From: Laetmonice hystrix
Lineage: Eukaryota
Assembly: GCA_965235115.1 (NCBI GenBank)
Contig: OZ249446.1
Coordinates: 21,266,001-21,330,000, forward strand
DNA: 64,000 nt
Direction of reading: 5' to 3'
A program made the position numbers and the translations under genes. Below the pieces are notes generated by a model, which searched no databases, was not told the origin of the DNA, and saw only the letters and a program-made list of their open reading frames with translations. This document shows, in pieces, positions 39,901 through 50,800 of the stretch (the stretch's first letter is position 1; every line of letters begins with the position of its first letter).

Positions 39901-42900
39901 CAACTTTTTGATTTGCACCAGGTATTGAAATGTGGCATTTGGCGCACAGTGCGTCGATGACAGATGAGGGTCCTGGCGGTCGCCATGGACATGCAGCTGT
40001 TGTCCATGACAACGAGATGTGGATATTTGGTGGCATGTGTGACCTACACCCACGAAATGACCTCTGGAAATGGAACTTTGGTTAATAAATTTCCTTTATT
40101 TTATTTCGAATAATGTTCATTTTTTACGATGGTTCTACAATTGGTTACTTTTACATAAATTTTAAAAAAAAATCATACATAATATTTAATTTACATTTTT
40201 TTCAGATATTGATATTATGGTATTGGTAATGTGTGCCTCATTACTGGTATTGGTAATGTGTGCCTCATTACTGGTATTGTTATTGTGTGCCTCATTACTG
40301 GTATTGGTAATGTGTGCCTCATTACTGGTATTGGTAATGTGTGCCTCATTACTGGTATTGGTAATGTGTGCCTCATTACTGGTATTGGTAATGTGTGCCT
40401 CATTACTGGTATTGGTAATGTGTGCCTCATCATTGGTAATGTGTGCCTCATTACTGGTATTGGTAATGTGTGCCTCATTACTGGTATTGTTATTGTGTGC
40501 CTCATTACTGGTATTGTTAATGTGTGCCTCATTACTGGTATTGGTAATGTGTGCCTCATTACTGATATTGGTAATGTGTGCCTCATTACTGGTATTGGTA
40601 ATGTGTGCCTCATTACTGGTATTGGTAATGTGTGCCTCATTACTGGTATTGGTAATGTGTGCCTCATTACTGGTAATGTGTGCCTCATTACTGGTATTGG
40701 TAATGTGTGCCTCATTACTGGTATTAGTAATGTGTGCCTCATTCCCACAATATTGTAAAACTTTATGAAAATGCCTAAACTGCTGATTCACAGGTTTGCG
40801 GAAATGGCACAAGGTGAAAAGTAAGAACGGACCACATGGATTGACTGGGCACTCCATGAGCAAGGTAGAGCAATGTCGTAATATATTTCCGCATAATTTT
40901 GTTGTCCGATGTTAAGAGGTGAAAATTCTTCCGTAATTTTCCTTCATTCATAATCTGTCACTGTGGTTTCAGATTTCTGGAGGAATGTTGGTGTATGGTG
41001 GCGAAAATGTCGGAAATCTCCAGGGAGACTTGTGGAAGTTTACATTTGGTGAGTGCCGTCAGAATTTGTTGTCGCTCTCATTGCCTTTTTGATCCGTTCG
41101 AAAAATAGCATCAGAAAGTGGAAGTTAACCCACAGAATTTCTTGAACATGTTGTGTTACTGTTAACATTATGCATGTTCTGTTAGATATTTAAAAGTTTT
41201 TGATATACTTGTAGATACATCACAAGTTACGATTTTAAGCTTAGAATGTCCTACATATCAAAGGATAAATCCCCCTTGGTAAAATCTCTGCGGAATTTAG
41301 CCAAGTTAAAATCAATCTCTTTTCCTAGCCCCACACCGAACCCTAACCCACCTAACTACAGTCACCATACCTCTCTTTTGACAGCAAGCCAGACATGGCA
41401 GAAGATTCCATTTGGGGAAGACATGCCATTAGCCAGGAGTCAACATCAAGCTCTCGTCATCCCTGCCTTCCTGGTCAGCCAAGCCTGGTCCACGCCGACC
41501 AGTGAACGGGCACGGTCCGCGCCGTACTTACAGGATAAGGCTTTGAACTTTAACCTCCAAGAGGACCGCCCCTTTTCAAGCCCACCTTCTATGACCAATG
41601 AGAAACAGTCTTTCAGTTTCAAGAACAAGGTTTTGCCAGCTGATTCTGCCACGGAGCTGCTGATTGGTCCCTTTTCAGATGAGGAGGAATCAGCTAGAAA
41701 AGATAGTAAATTTAAAGAATCAATCCAGATGGATGCAATGAGTCCTCAAAGCCCTGTCTCTCCAGTCAAAGGCGGAAGAGAGAAAAGGAATATTTTAGAA
41801 TGTTTCTCGGAGTCTGTGAGCTTTCAGGACTCTGAGGTTTGTTATAGTTTATTAAAACAAACAGGGGATGCTCAAGTGACCCTTGACCTGAAGGGGACTG
41901 CAATCTTCAAAAAAACCGGTCCATTGCCGGGACATATTGAACCCACGTGTAAAAGTAAAACGGGATCAGTGTCCCGCTTACTGTCCTCGGAAAGTGAGTC
42001 ATCAGAGAATGGTCTCGATAACCCTTCGTTTGTCCTTGATACGAGTGGAAACTTCTCCAGGAGGGTCGGCGACAAGGAAGAATACTGTCCGGTCAAGAAG
42101 AGCAAAAAACACTACTTGGCCAATCGCGGTTGTGTTTCCATGGAGATGAAGAGTGCATCTACAGAGAGCATACTGAGTATGAGCCATAACCCAGCACTTC
42201 CTCCACCATACTGGATGCATGCCAGCAACTACCAAAACCAAGACTTGAAAAACGTCGTCCACGACCCCTTGAAAAGTCACTCGGAGTCCCTTCTACATGA
42301 CCTTGGCGGCATCGAGGTCACAAGAATTGACCCAGACCGGGGGCTTTGGCCACACCAAGTCTTTCCTGAAGACCTTTTTATTGAAGACCTAGAATATTAC
42401 GATAATGACCAGTTGTGCCTAAGCAGCGAATCAGCATTTAGTAGAGATGACGCACATTCGCAGTCTAGCGAATCAAAATTAAGGGCTCAATCGGAGGCAA
42501 ACCTCTGTGTCCCCAAACAGACAGCACTGCCTGACTTACTCATTGGTTTATCTGAATCCAGTTTGAATCAACCTGTTCAAAATAACTGGTTTACTACAGG
42601 AAGAGGACTGTCTAGAGGCACGGTAAAAAATAACTTACAGACCCAAGCAGTATGTGCAGAACAGGAAACCAGCAATAAACTTCGATGGTCTGACCCACAA
42701 AATGGAATCAGTTACAGTCAAGGGAGAGAGACAAATATTTCAGACAAAATGAAGAGAGAAGTACTGGTGACAAGGGACAATAGAGAATCGGAAAATATAC
42801 AGGCTCCCTCTACTGGGCCAGTGAAGGACTTTTTAAAACTTAGGGTAAGTAAACAAAAATTTCAACAAAATTATCAAATATTAAAAACAAGAATGGTTAG

Positions 42901-43191
42901 AAGAACATAAAGGCATAAAAAGCTATCGAAAATTCGACCAAGACATTTTAATATTGGTCCCCCAGGTCTAATACCCTGATTTATTTATTTATTTTTTGTT
43001 TTTATTGGTTATTTTTGTTATTGCTGATGACTCTATGTACACGTATTTCATGGTTACAGTGTCTTCGTCGTTCTGACACCACCCATATCTTAGTGTTTGG
43101 GGGCAAGGATTCAGAGTCTCTCAACATCGGAATCAAATCACTCCCAGTGTGGCATCTCGATGTGACAACTGGTAACCACAACAACAGGTAA
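24965..43191 (+). CDS. Predicted N-myristoylated, degenerate EF-hand (NCS/recoverin-like) plus kelch-repeat protein, ~1001 aa
   Basis: 16 GT-AG exons, all phase-compatible, totalling 3006 nt: 24965-25034, 25709-25802, 26990-27084, 28701-28762, 32666-32745, 36574-36608, 38034-38185, 38288-38498, 38811-38890, 39400-39469, 39619-39777, 39922-40080, 40794-40864, 40973-41048, 41385-42844, 43060-43191 (TAA). The protein starts MGSQLS. Kelch motifs: SRSKHAV..VYLYGGRDG..DLWKF, GRRGHTAV..MHVYGG, GRHGHAAV..MWIFGG, MLVYGG..DLWKF, HILVFGG. The kelch part is secure; joining it to the N-terminal exons is inferred from phase and open frame. Confidence 0.75.
25222..25593. mobile_element. hAT-like MITE
   Basis: TIR CATACCTGCCAAC / GTTGGCAGGTATG; degenerate 8-bp flanks ccctaatt/ccctatga. 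Related solo ends occur near 18915 and 27678. Confidence 0.8.
25930..26894. mobile_element. hAT-like non-autonomous element (965 bp) with 7-bp TSD
   Basis: 14-bp TIR CAGGCATGTCAGTG; TSD TGATATT at 25923-25929 and 26895-26901. Confidence 0.85.
27185..27539. mobile_element. hAT-like MITE with 6-bp TSD
   Basis: TIR CAGTGTTCTCCACA; TSD ATAAAG at 27179-27184 and 27540-27545. Confidence 0.9.
29503..29619. mobile_element. Short Harbinger-like MITE whose right end is tandemly amplified
   Basis: Imperfect TIR GGCCTGGTTCA / TGAATCGGGCC; flanks CAG...CTG. Confidence 0.6.
29582..29933. repeat. 50-bp tandem repeat, 7 identical copies
   Basis: Unit ttgacccaagttaaattgacttgactttgaatcgggccctgaacgtggtc. Confidence 0.97.
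30746..31113. mobile_element. PIF/Harbinger-like MITE (TAA TSD)
   Basis: TIR GGCCATTTAAAATTAATTTTTAGTTTTTCATCA; TAA on both sides. Confidence 0.9.
31944..32118. mobile_element. Tc1/mariner-type MITE (TA TSD), copy 1
   Basis: TIR CAGTCAGACCTCG; TA flanks; homologous to 48584-48759. Confidence 0.88.
33169..34490. mobile_element. PIF/Harbinger-like non-autonomous element (1.3 kb)
   Basis: ~38-bp TIR GGGGCCGTCCATCATTTTCATCATTTTCACGAGCGTAC; TAA TSD; three degenerate ~200-bp internal repeats at ~33750-34330. Confidence 0.9.
35915..36105. repeat. Polypyrimidine (C-rich) low-complexity microsatellite
   Basis: Repeated cctccccgtccccgt-type units; the ORFs over it are compositional artefacts. Confidence 0.85.
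36886..37885. mobile_element. Harbinger-like non-autonomous element with tcgtag-rich interior
   Basis: Subterminal inverted repeats ttcacactttcacgata / tatcgtgaaagtgtgaa; termini degraded. Confidence 0.75.
38554..38714. mobile_element. Harbinger-like MITE with perfect CTG TSD
   Basis: TIR GCCCCGGTTTC; CTG at 38551-38553 and 38715-38717. Confidence 0.88.
40217..40745. repeat. 27-bp minisatellite in a kelch-region intron
   Basis: Unit gtaatgtgtgcctcattactggtattg, about 20 copies including shortened variants. Confidence 0.97.
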
Positions 43192-45049
43192 CCATGGCAA
43201 CGGCATGGGTTGATGGGAACAACACCGAGATGATATTTACAATTAATATTTGGTCAGATTTGTTGTCGGAACCAAACCAAACTGAACTCAGATAAACAGG
43301 ATAATAGAAAGACCAAAAAAAGAGTGAGTTTGACCAAAGTTTGTCCAACCAAAGACGACACTATTTTTTTAAGAAGATGATGTGGTGCTATCATCAAGCT
43401 GATAATAATTCAGACCACCGTCCAATTAAAACTCATTTTATTGTAAAAAGAAAATTAAAAACAATGTAAAAAAAGGGAAGGAGTCTGGCTCAAAGCAAAG
43501 ATTGAAAGACTTGTATGGTTTCAGAGTTTCCTGGTGCATTGAATTTTGATGGATTGATTTTTGTGTGTTTATATATTATGTTGTATTTGTAATAGACAGC
43601 ATTAATCGGAGCCGATAATTTATCTGTAGGTATTCTTTTGTTTTTATTATTCATTTACAGACATTTATTTAGAAGCTTACTCACCAAATGACTATGTTAT
43701 GTGTATATTTCATCAAATGTTGTGCAATATGTTAGTTTTCTTGTTAGCCCAGAGAGATATATTGAAGAAAAGTATATTCATACACACCAAGTATTACTGT
43801 GATAACTTTGTTATGTAGAGATAGCCGGAAACTTGAAGAGTAATGCCAAAATTATTTCTTGATAGTTTTAATATGATTCATATATGTGATATTGTGTAAA
43901 CTTCCCAAAGACCGAAGTACAAAAGTTCAAACAGTATTTGAGCAAGTTAAAATTCTGTGAGAACCTTTTTCATATTTAGGTAGAGATCAGTTTACCAAAG
44001 TTGAAGAGGTAATTTGGTTGCATTAGGTTTACAATGAGTGTTCTGATTGCTTAAACAGGCTGGAAGTCATGTTGTCATCTTTAATTGACACTGGAAAAAT
44101 TGGCTTCCATTCTCTTCGTACGCATTTGACACTCCAACTACGCTGATACGTTCAGTCCTTCATATCCTACGCAAAAACCTAGAAATGGCTATTTACCGTA
44201 AAAATCACCTTTTCACCGCTCATTTCTGCTCAAAATGTGCTCATAATGCATCTGAAACAACCCTTAATTTCATTTTTTTCCCGTACCTAATCTTGCGTCC
44301 TGGCATGCACGTGCCCTGGCTGTGCCACTTTGGGGCATGGGGCTGAATGTTGCTTCGCAAAAATTGTGAAATGTTGGCTTTTTGAATTTAGAGGCATGAA
44401 GAAATTGCAAATGGTGATGGATTTTCGACTGCCGGCCCAAGGCTGTTGTTTGTGAATAAAATAAAACAAACCAAAAAAGATTCTTTTGTGATATACCGGT
44501 GTAGCGACACATCAGTCAGTAGGCCTACTAGTCTTTTAGTGAGTTTAATATGGCTTCTGAATTTTGACATGCATGTAGACCTGATGAAGAAATCGGGAGA
44601 ATAGGTACACAAATATGTGTTTTTGTAAAAAAGAGATTAGTAAATTCACTCACATTGTTAAGAGCGTGCAGGCGTTAAATTCAGAATGTATCTTGCTGAT
44701 AACGTCTGAAATACATGTATCACTAAACATTGTTCACTCAGGGTTGTCAAAACTTACAGGTTTTCTGCCTGCCACATTGGCCACCCAAACTTCTACTCAG
44801 GACAGAGGAATCTTTTGGGGCATTGAGCGATGGACTTTTATTGTAGTTAATGATAATGGTGAGGTGAATTGAAAAGTGAAAACAATGGTTGTGGAGTACA
44901 ATGTATTAAAAAGGTTCTGCATTTTAGTGTGTGATATCAGTGGAGAAAACCATGAGTGTCAGAGATTGTAATACATGAGTAGGTTTTCTGGCATTCATTG
45001 TTAGGGGTCAAGTGTAATATTGATGGCATATGTGATGCATTGCTTGTTG

Positions 45050-45725
45050 TGACGGGTGTAAACTTGACGGGAGGTTTGCTCCATTGATGAAGCGATTAGA
45101 GATTGTGAAGGGTGTAATGTAAACTTGACGGGAGTTTTGCTCCATTGATGGAGCGATTAGAGATTGTGACGGGTGTAATGTAAACTTGACGGGAGGTTTG
45201 CTCCATTGATGGAGCGATTAGAGATTGTGACGGGTGTAATGTAAACTTGACGGGAGGTTTGCTCCATTGATGGAGCGATTAGAGATTGTGACGGGTGTAA
45301 TGTAAACTTGACGGGAGGTTTGCTCCATTGATGGAGCGATTAGAGATTGTGACGGGTGTAATGTAAACTTGACGGGAGTTTTGCTCCATTGATGGAGCGA
45401 TTAGAGATTGTGACGGGTGTAATGTAAACTTGACGGGAGGTTTGCTCCATTGATGAAGCTATTAGAGATTGTGACGGGTGTAATGTAAACTTGACGGGAG
45501 GTTTGCTCCATTGATGGAGCGATTAGAGATTGTGACGGGTGTAATGTAAACTTGACAGAAGTTTTGCTCCATTGATGGAGCGATTAGAGATTTTGACGGG
45601 TGTAATGTAAACTTGACGGGAGGTTTGCTCCATTGATGGAGCGATTAGAGATTTTGACGGGTGTAATGTAAACTTGACGGGAGGTTTGCTCCATTGATGG
45701 AGCGATTAGAGATTTTGACGGGTGA
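45050..45725. repeat. 61-bp tandem repeat (~11 copies) between the kelch gene and VPS41
   Basis: Unit taaacttgacgggaggtttgctccattgatggagcgattagagattgtgacgggtgtaatg. Confidence 0.97.
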
Positions 45726-47489
45726 GACGTAAACTCAGTGGACATTTTACAGAGTTAAAAGGTTTTGATGAATCTGTTGTAGACTGTGATTGGTTAACAC
45801 AGATTTTGAAGATTCTGTTTGATGAACTGTTGATTTTCTGTTGAATAGATTAGTTTCAATGACTTATATTCCGTTTCTGTTGCAATGTGTCATGAAATGG
45901 TGTCATGCAATGATAATATAAACAGAAAATAAAGATGTTTTACCAAGTTTTAACACAACCTTTATAGTTTGCCTTTAAAAATGTTATACCTAAAGTTCAT
46001 AGTATTTTCTAGTGGCGCATGTATCTAATACACATATGGAAATGGAAATTTTGAAATTTACACAGGACAATTCGTCCAGTATTCATCTGTACGCACGTAA
46101 GTGAAAACATGATGGAACAAGATTTAGTTGTGTTCAGATTGAATGAAGCCTTATAATACTCGCCAAGTTCTGAGGTTGCTCTTAAAATCTTCCAGGTGAT
46201 AAATTGAGCATGTTTCAGCGGGAACAAATTGATTCTTAGTAAGACGGGCCCCTGTTACTAAGAATGTCACTCCCCAAATCAGGGACATATTGATTGGGGA
46301 CATGTCCCCAACACTTTCAATGGAGGGACTTTTTAATAAGACACCTCACAACGGGGATACCATGATCTGGGGACTTTGGTGGGGATTTTGCTGGCGATCA
46401 TCGTTAGTAAGACAGGTCCCAAAATGGTTGGAAGGCCTCATTCTGGAGGTCATTGCTAAATTATTACTATGGAAACATGGAATCATCTGAGTAGATAGAC
46501 ATTTATTCATCTCCATGACACGTGACAAACGAGGTTCTGAGAGACATAACATAAACATTCACAACCAAAGTTAACTTGAATCTCATACGTGTACTGGTAG
46601 TTCGCAAGTTAACGTCACGCATCACTGCACATCCCCCCAGGATATAATACATGTACATAGGTATCCCAGCTCACGTCAAACCTAATAAAAACGTTTTATT
46701 CATACAGTATGACGTCCAAAAACGTTTAGTAAACGTTCTTTTCTCGCTGGGATAGTAATTTGTCAAAAATATCACATTTCCGCCCTCTCAGGACGAACGA
46801 GAACATTTATAATGTTAGTCACACCAAGAAAAGTTCAAGTCGTGGCGGTTGACAAAACCATTGCACGGTCAATATTCAGAGTTTTACAATCTTACATGAA
46901 ATCGGCCCTGCCTTACGTGATTTAATAATTTACAGTGGTCTCCCAAATCTGTAAGGCTATGCCGTCCATCTGTCAGACTTATCACATGACAGATGTTTCT
47001 TGGATCAGAAAGCAACAAAAACAAAACTTCCCATGGCCAAAAACATATCCCAGCATTAAATCATTATCAACGATGTGAAAGATCGAGCAACCCTCGCCAG
47101 AGTCGGCTGGAATGTCCATCCTTTACGTAACAAGCAATAACTGTACAAGTATACCACAACTGACCAAGAAAAATGCTACCCGCTAATAATTCAGAGTAAT
47201 TCTGCAGTTTTTCATGAATTTGTAACTGAAGCCACTGTGAGTCAAGCAGCTAGGGGTCCACAAGGGATCGGGAAAGACCTGTCCCGACCCCCTGACCCCT
47301 CCTCCTCTTTGGCAGTTTTCCCCCTCGTACCGGTTTCTCTTTTCCCCTTCCCCAAACAAAACCTCATAATGATCTCTTCTTATTTTCTTATTTCTGTAAA
47401 ATGTGGGAGAGACCTGTGGCACATATTCAGTGACACTCTGTGTCGTTTGTTAGAGCGTAGACCTATTGCATGCCATCGCTAATGCTTTT

Positions 47490-47800
47490 GTCTTATTGTC
47501 GACTTGGTGCACACTCTCAGCAATGGACTCGTCATAATTCCATGACAGCAGACTTGTTGCACACTCCCAGCAATGGACTTGTCTTACATTTTGTATTTCC
47601 ATGAGAGCAGACTTGTTGCACACTCCCAGCGATGGACTTGTCTTATTTCGATAACAGCAAACTTGTTGCACACTCCCAGCAATGGACTTGTCTTATTTCC
47701 ATGACAGCAGACTTGTTGCACACTCTCTGTGATGGACTGTTCATATTTCCATGACAGCAGACTTGTTGCACACTCCCGGCGATGGACTTGTCTTATTTCC
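47490..47800. repeat. 50-bp minisatellite beginning at the VPS41 stop codon (3' UTR)
   Basis: tcttatttc recurs at 47641, 47691 and 47791; the minus-strand unit starts ggaaaTAAgacaagtcc. Confidence 0.85.
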
Positions 47801-50800
47801 GTGCCGTCGCTGCCAGACCTGGGCCTCGTTTCTGAGCACTACAGATGGGGCACGCATCCTGAAAGACAATCAAGCCCTCTCCTGTCATTGCTGGTCACTT
47901 CTTTTCTAACTTCACAGTGGAAAAACAAGTCGATTTCCATTTGGCTATGGAGATTACCTGAGCTGTTTACATAACATTCACATCTGCCCTTGGTAGATTC
48001 TGATGTGTCAAAATCTTAAAGATTCTGCTGACAATAAATTAATCATAAATACATATTTAGTGAAAGGAAGAAAATGAGTGATGTTAAGATCATGTGCGGC
48101 ACCTATCAAATCTCGCAGTATGGGAAATAATGCCTTTGCAAAGCCTTGGGTTTACTCTGTTGGCCCCCAGATTAGTGTTAGGTGCACTCAAATTAACAGT
48201 AACGTGCATTTTCTACAGACAGCCCACACAAAAGTCAGCATGGTGACATATGGATATTTTTACCTTTTCAAAATCAGAAACGCTTGTTCTTTCTATCAAA
48301 ATACATAATATTGATATGTGTAATGGGTTTGACTTAGTGTAGCACATGACCTTAAGACAAGATTTTAGATTTCAGAGTGTGACCGACCGTGCAGTGAGCA
48401 GGTAGGCAGTCCTCGTGGTAGACATGATGACAGTGGAATCCTACGATATTACTGCTATACCGTAAATCTGGAGAGAAAAAAAACAACTCAAATACTTCAA
48501 TGACACTGTGGTCGGATCATTTATGTTGTCAACTGTTGTCAAATAAAGTTGTCTTAAAGACTGAGCATATGAAAATCACGATACAATCAGACCTTGATAA
48601 TTCGTGCTTCTTTAATCCGTATATCTCACAATCCGAGAAAACTTTCTGGTAACCTCTTCTACCATTCTCTATTTAAAATGATTCAGTAATCCGTATATTT
48701 CACAATCTGAACATAATTTTAACGGGCACCAAGCTGTTTGGATAAACGAGGTCTGACTGTACAGCAACAAGTGTTCTCCTGTCCTCTCAGATTAATTACA
48801 TCCGACATCTGTGATGTGATCAATAATTATATTTTAGCAATGTTCCCTTTAAGTGCCTTCGTAAATAAAACCATGTGATTCCTTACCTGCTACGATGACT
48901 CGCTCGTGGCAGCCTTGGCAGGCCTGGATGTTTGTGATAGAGAACCCACGTCGCTGAGTCTTCACCAACTTCTGCAGCAGGCCGAAACAATCCGAAACTA
49001 GAATCCGACGGCAACCCTCTCGAAGTGCAATCTGCAAGTTCAGAAAAAAGTGCTATATTCAACAATGCTTTTACAACTTCAATTTCTACTTTAAATCCAG
49101 TTAATATACTCAACTGACTAAGAATGACTTGGGTCCTGTTTAGACTAAATGACAAACCATATTCAACTTGCTATTTCTGAGCTCAGAGAAACCAAACCTT
49201 GTCATGCCTTGCTTGGCTCAGCTCGTGAGGTGACTCTGGTACCAAGCTCAGTTTACTCAAGGAATCACGAGCAGCCAGATGTTACTCGGCTCACTGAGTA
49301 CATACCTGAAGTTGTACTTCCTGGAGCTCACTGAGTACCGTACATACCTGAAGTTGGTAGGACTTCCTGGAGCTCACTGAGTACATAGCTGAAGTTGGTA
49401 GTCCTGGAGCTCACTGAGTACATACCTGAAATTGTACTTCCTGGAGCTCACTGAGTACCGTACATACCTGAAGTTGGTAGGACTTCCTGGAGCTCACTGA
49501 GTACATAGCTGAAGTTGGTAGTCCTGGAGCTCACTGAGTACATACCTGAAGTTGTACTTCCTGGAGCTCACTGAGTACCGTACATACCTGAAGTTGGTAG
49601 GACTTCCTGGAGCTCACTGAGTACATAGCTGAAGTTGGTAGTCCTGGAGCTCACTGAGTACATACCTGAAATTGGTAGTCCTGGAGCTCACCGAGTACAT
49701 ACCTGAAGTTGGTAGTCCTGGAGCTCACCGAGTACATACCTGAAGTTGGTAGTCCTGGAGCTCACCGAGTACATACCTGAAGTTGGTAGTCCTGAAGCTC
49801 ACAGAGTACATACCTGAAGTTGGTAGTCCTGGAGCTCAATGAGTACATGCCTGAAGTTGGTAGTCCAGGGCCCGGTTTTTTGGTTGAGCTTGAGTTAAGC
49901 TTGAGACGAAAACCTCGTCTCAAGCTCACGGCCCTACGAGTCGACTCGTAGGGCCGTGAGCTTGAGACAAGGTTTTCGTCTCAAACTTGACTCAAGCTCA
50001 ACCAAAAAACCGGGCCCTGGAGCTCACTGAGTACATACCTGAAGTTGGTAGTCCTGGAGAATTTTGACGAGGGAATCCCGCAGTCCCGGAATCTCCATCC
50101 CTTCCTCAATCCGCTGTATTAGGATGATCGGGTCGACGTGGGTTCCGATATTCTGTAGCAGGCCCCGAATGAAAGCTGCTCGGAAAGACGATAACGAGAT
50201 AGGAGATGACACATTAACACTGGTTTAATTTGGATGGCGATAAATGTACAAGCTGAGGCGTGTTTCACTCTTACATCTAAGAACTGCATCATTGGTGGCT
50301 CAGTGGTTAGGTACCAGCTTCAACTAGTGCTTATACTAACAGGTTCGAACCCTGCCCCTTCACAGTGAAACTGAGTGGGTTACCAAAAGCTAGGCTTCCA
50401 ACACTGTGTCTACGAAAGAGTAGAGCATTGTCTCTTGTTACGATGAGAAAGATAAACAAAGCATTGTTGGCGGCACGCGAGCTCGGGATTAGAGGCAAGA
50501 CGCTGAGAGATCTTTTTCCTTGATTGAGGTATCTAGGTGCTAATCAAATATGCCAATAGAGAACTGATGACAGAGAGAGGTGAGAGAGGTTCTTACACGG
50601 TCTGTGGATGGAGTAATTGATGAGGTCTTCCCACAGTTCCCTGTCGTTGTGCTCCATGCAGAACTCGATTGCTCCGTTCACATCGTGCAGGTCGTTGGTG
50701 ATCAGCTGCAGGGCTTGCTTGGTGTTACCCATGCGACCTGTGATGTACGAGGTAAACTAACAATTAGAGTTTTACCCTCCAGGCTTAGACGGCAATGAAC

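Noticed and set aside
40186-40863. Four overlapping repeat-protein ORFs (NEAHITNTS etc.)
   Set aside because: They arise from a 27-bp unit that is stop-free in several frames, inside a GT-AG intron of the kelch gene.
41246-41384. ORF-track start of the 554-aa ORF (and its tail 42845-42910)
   Set aside because: Both segments are intronic read-through; splice sites at 41384 and 42845 give in-phase kelch continuity.
45050-45725. CRISPR-like array (hairpin-containing direct repeats)
   Set aside because: There are no unique spacers and no cas genes, and the context is eukaryotic. The same applies to every other array in the window.
50293-50360. Functional tRNA gene
   Set aside because: A and B boxes are present, but no coherent acceptor or anticodon stems; better explained as a SINE head.
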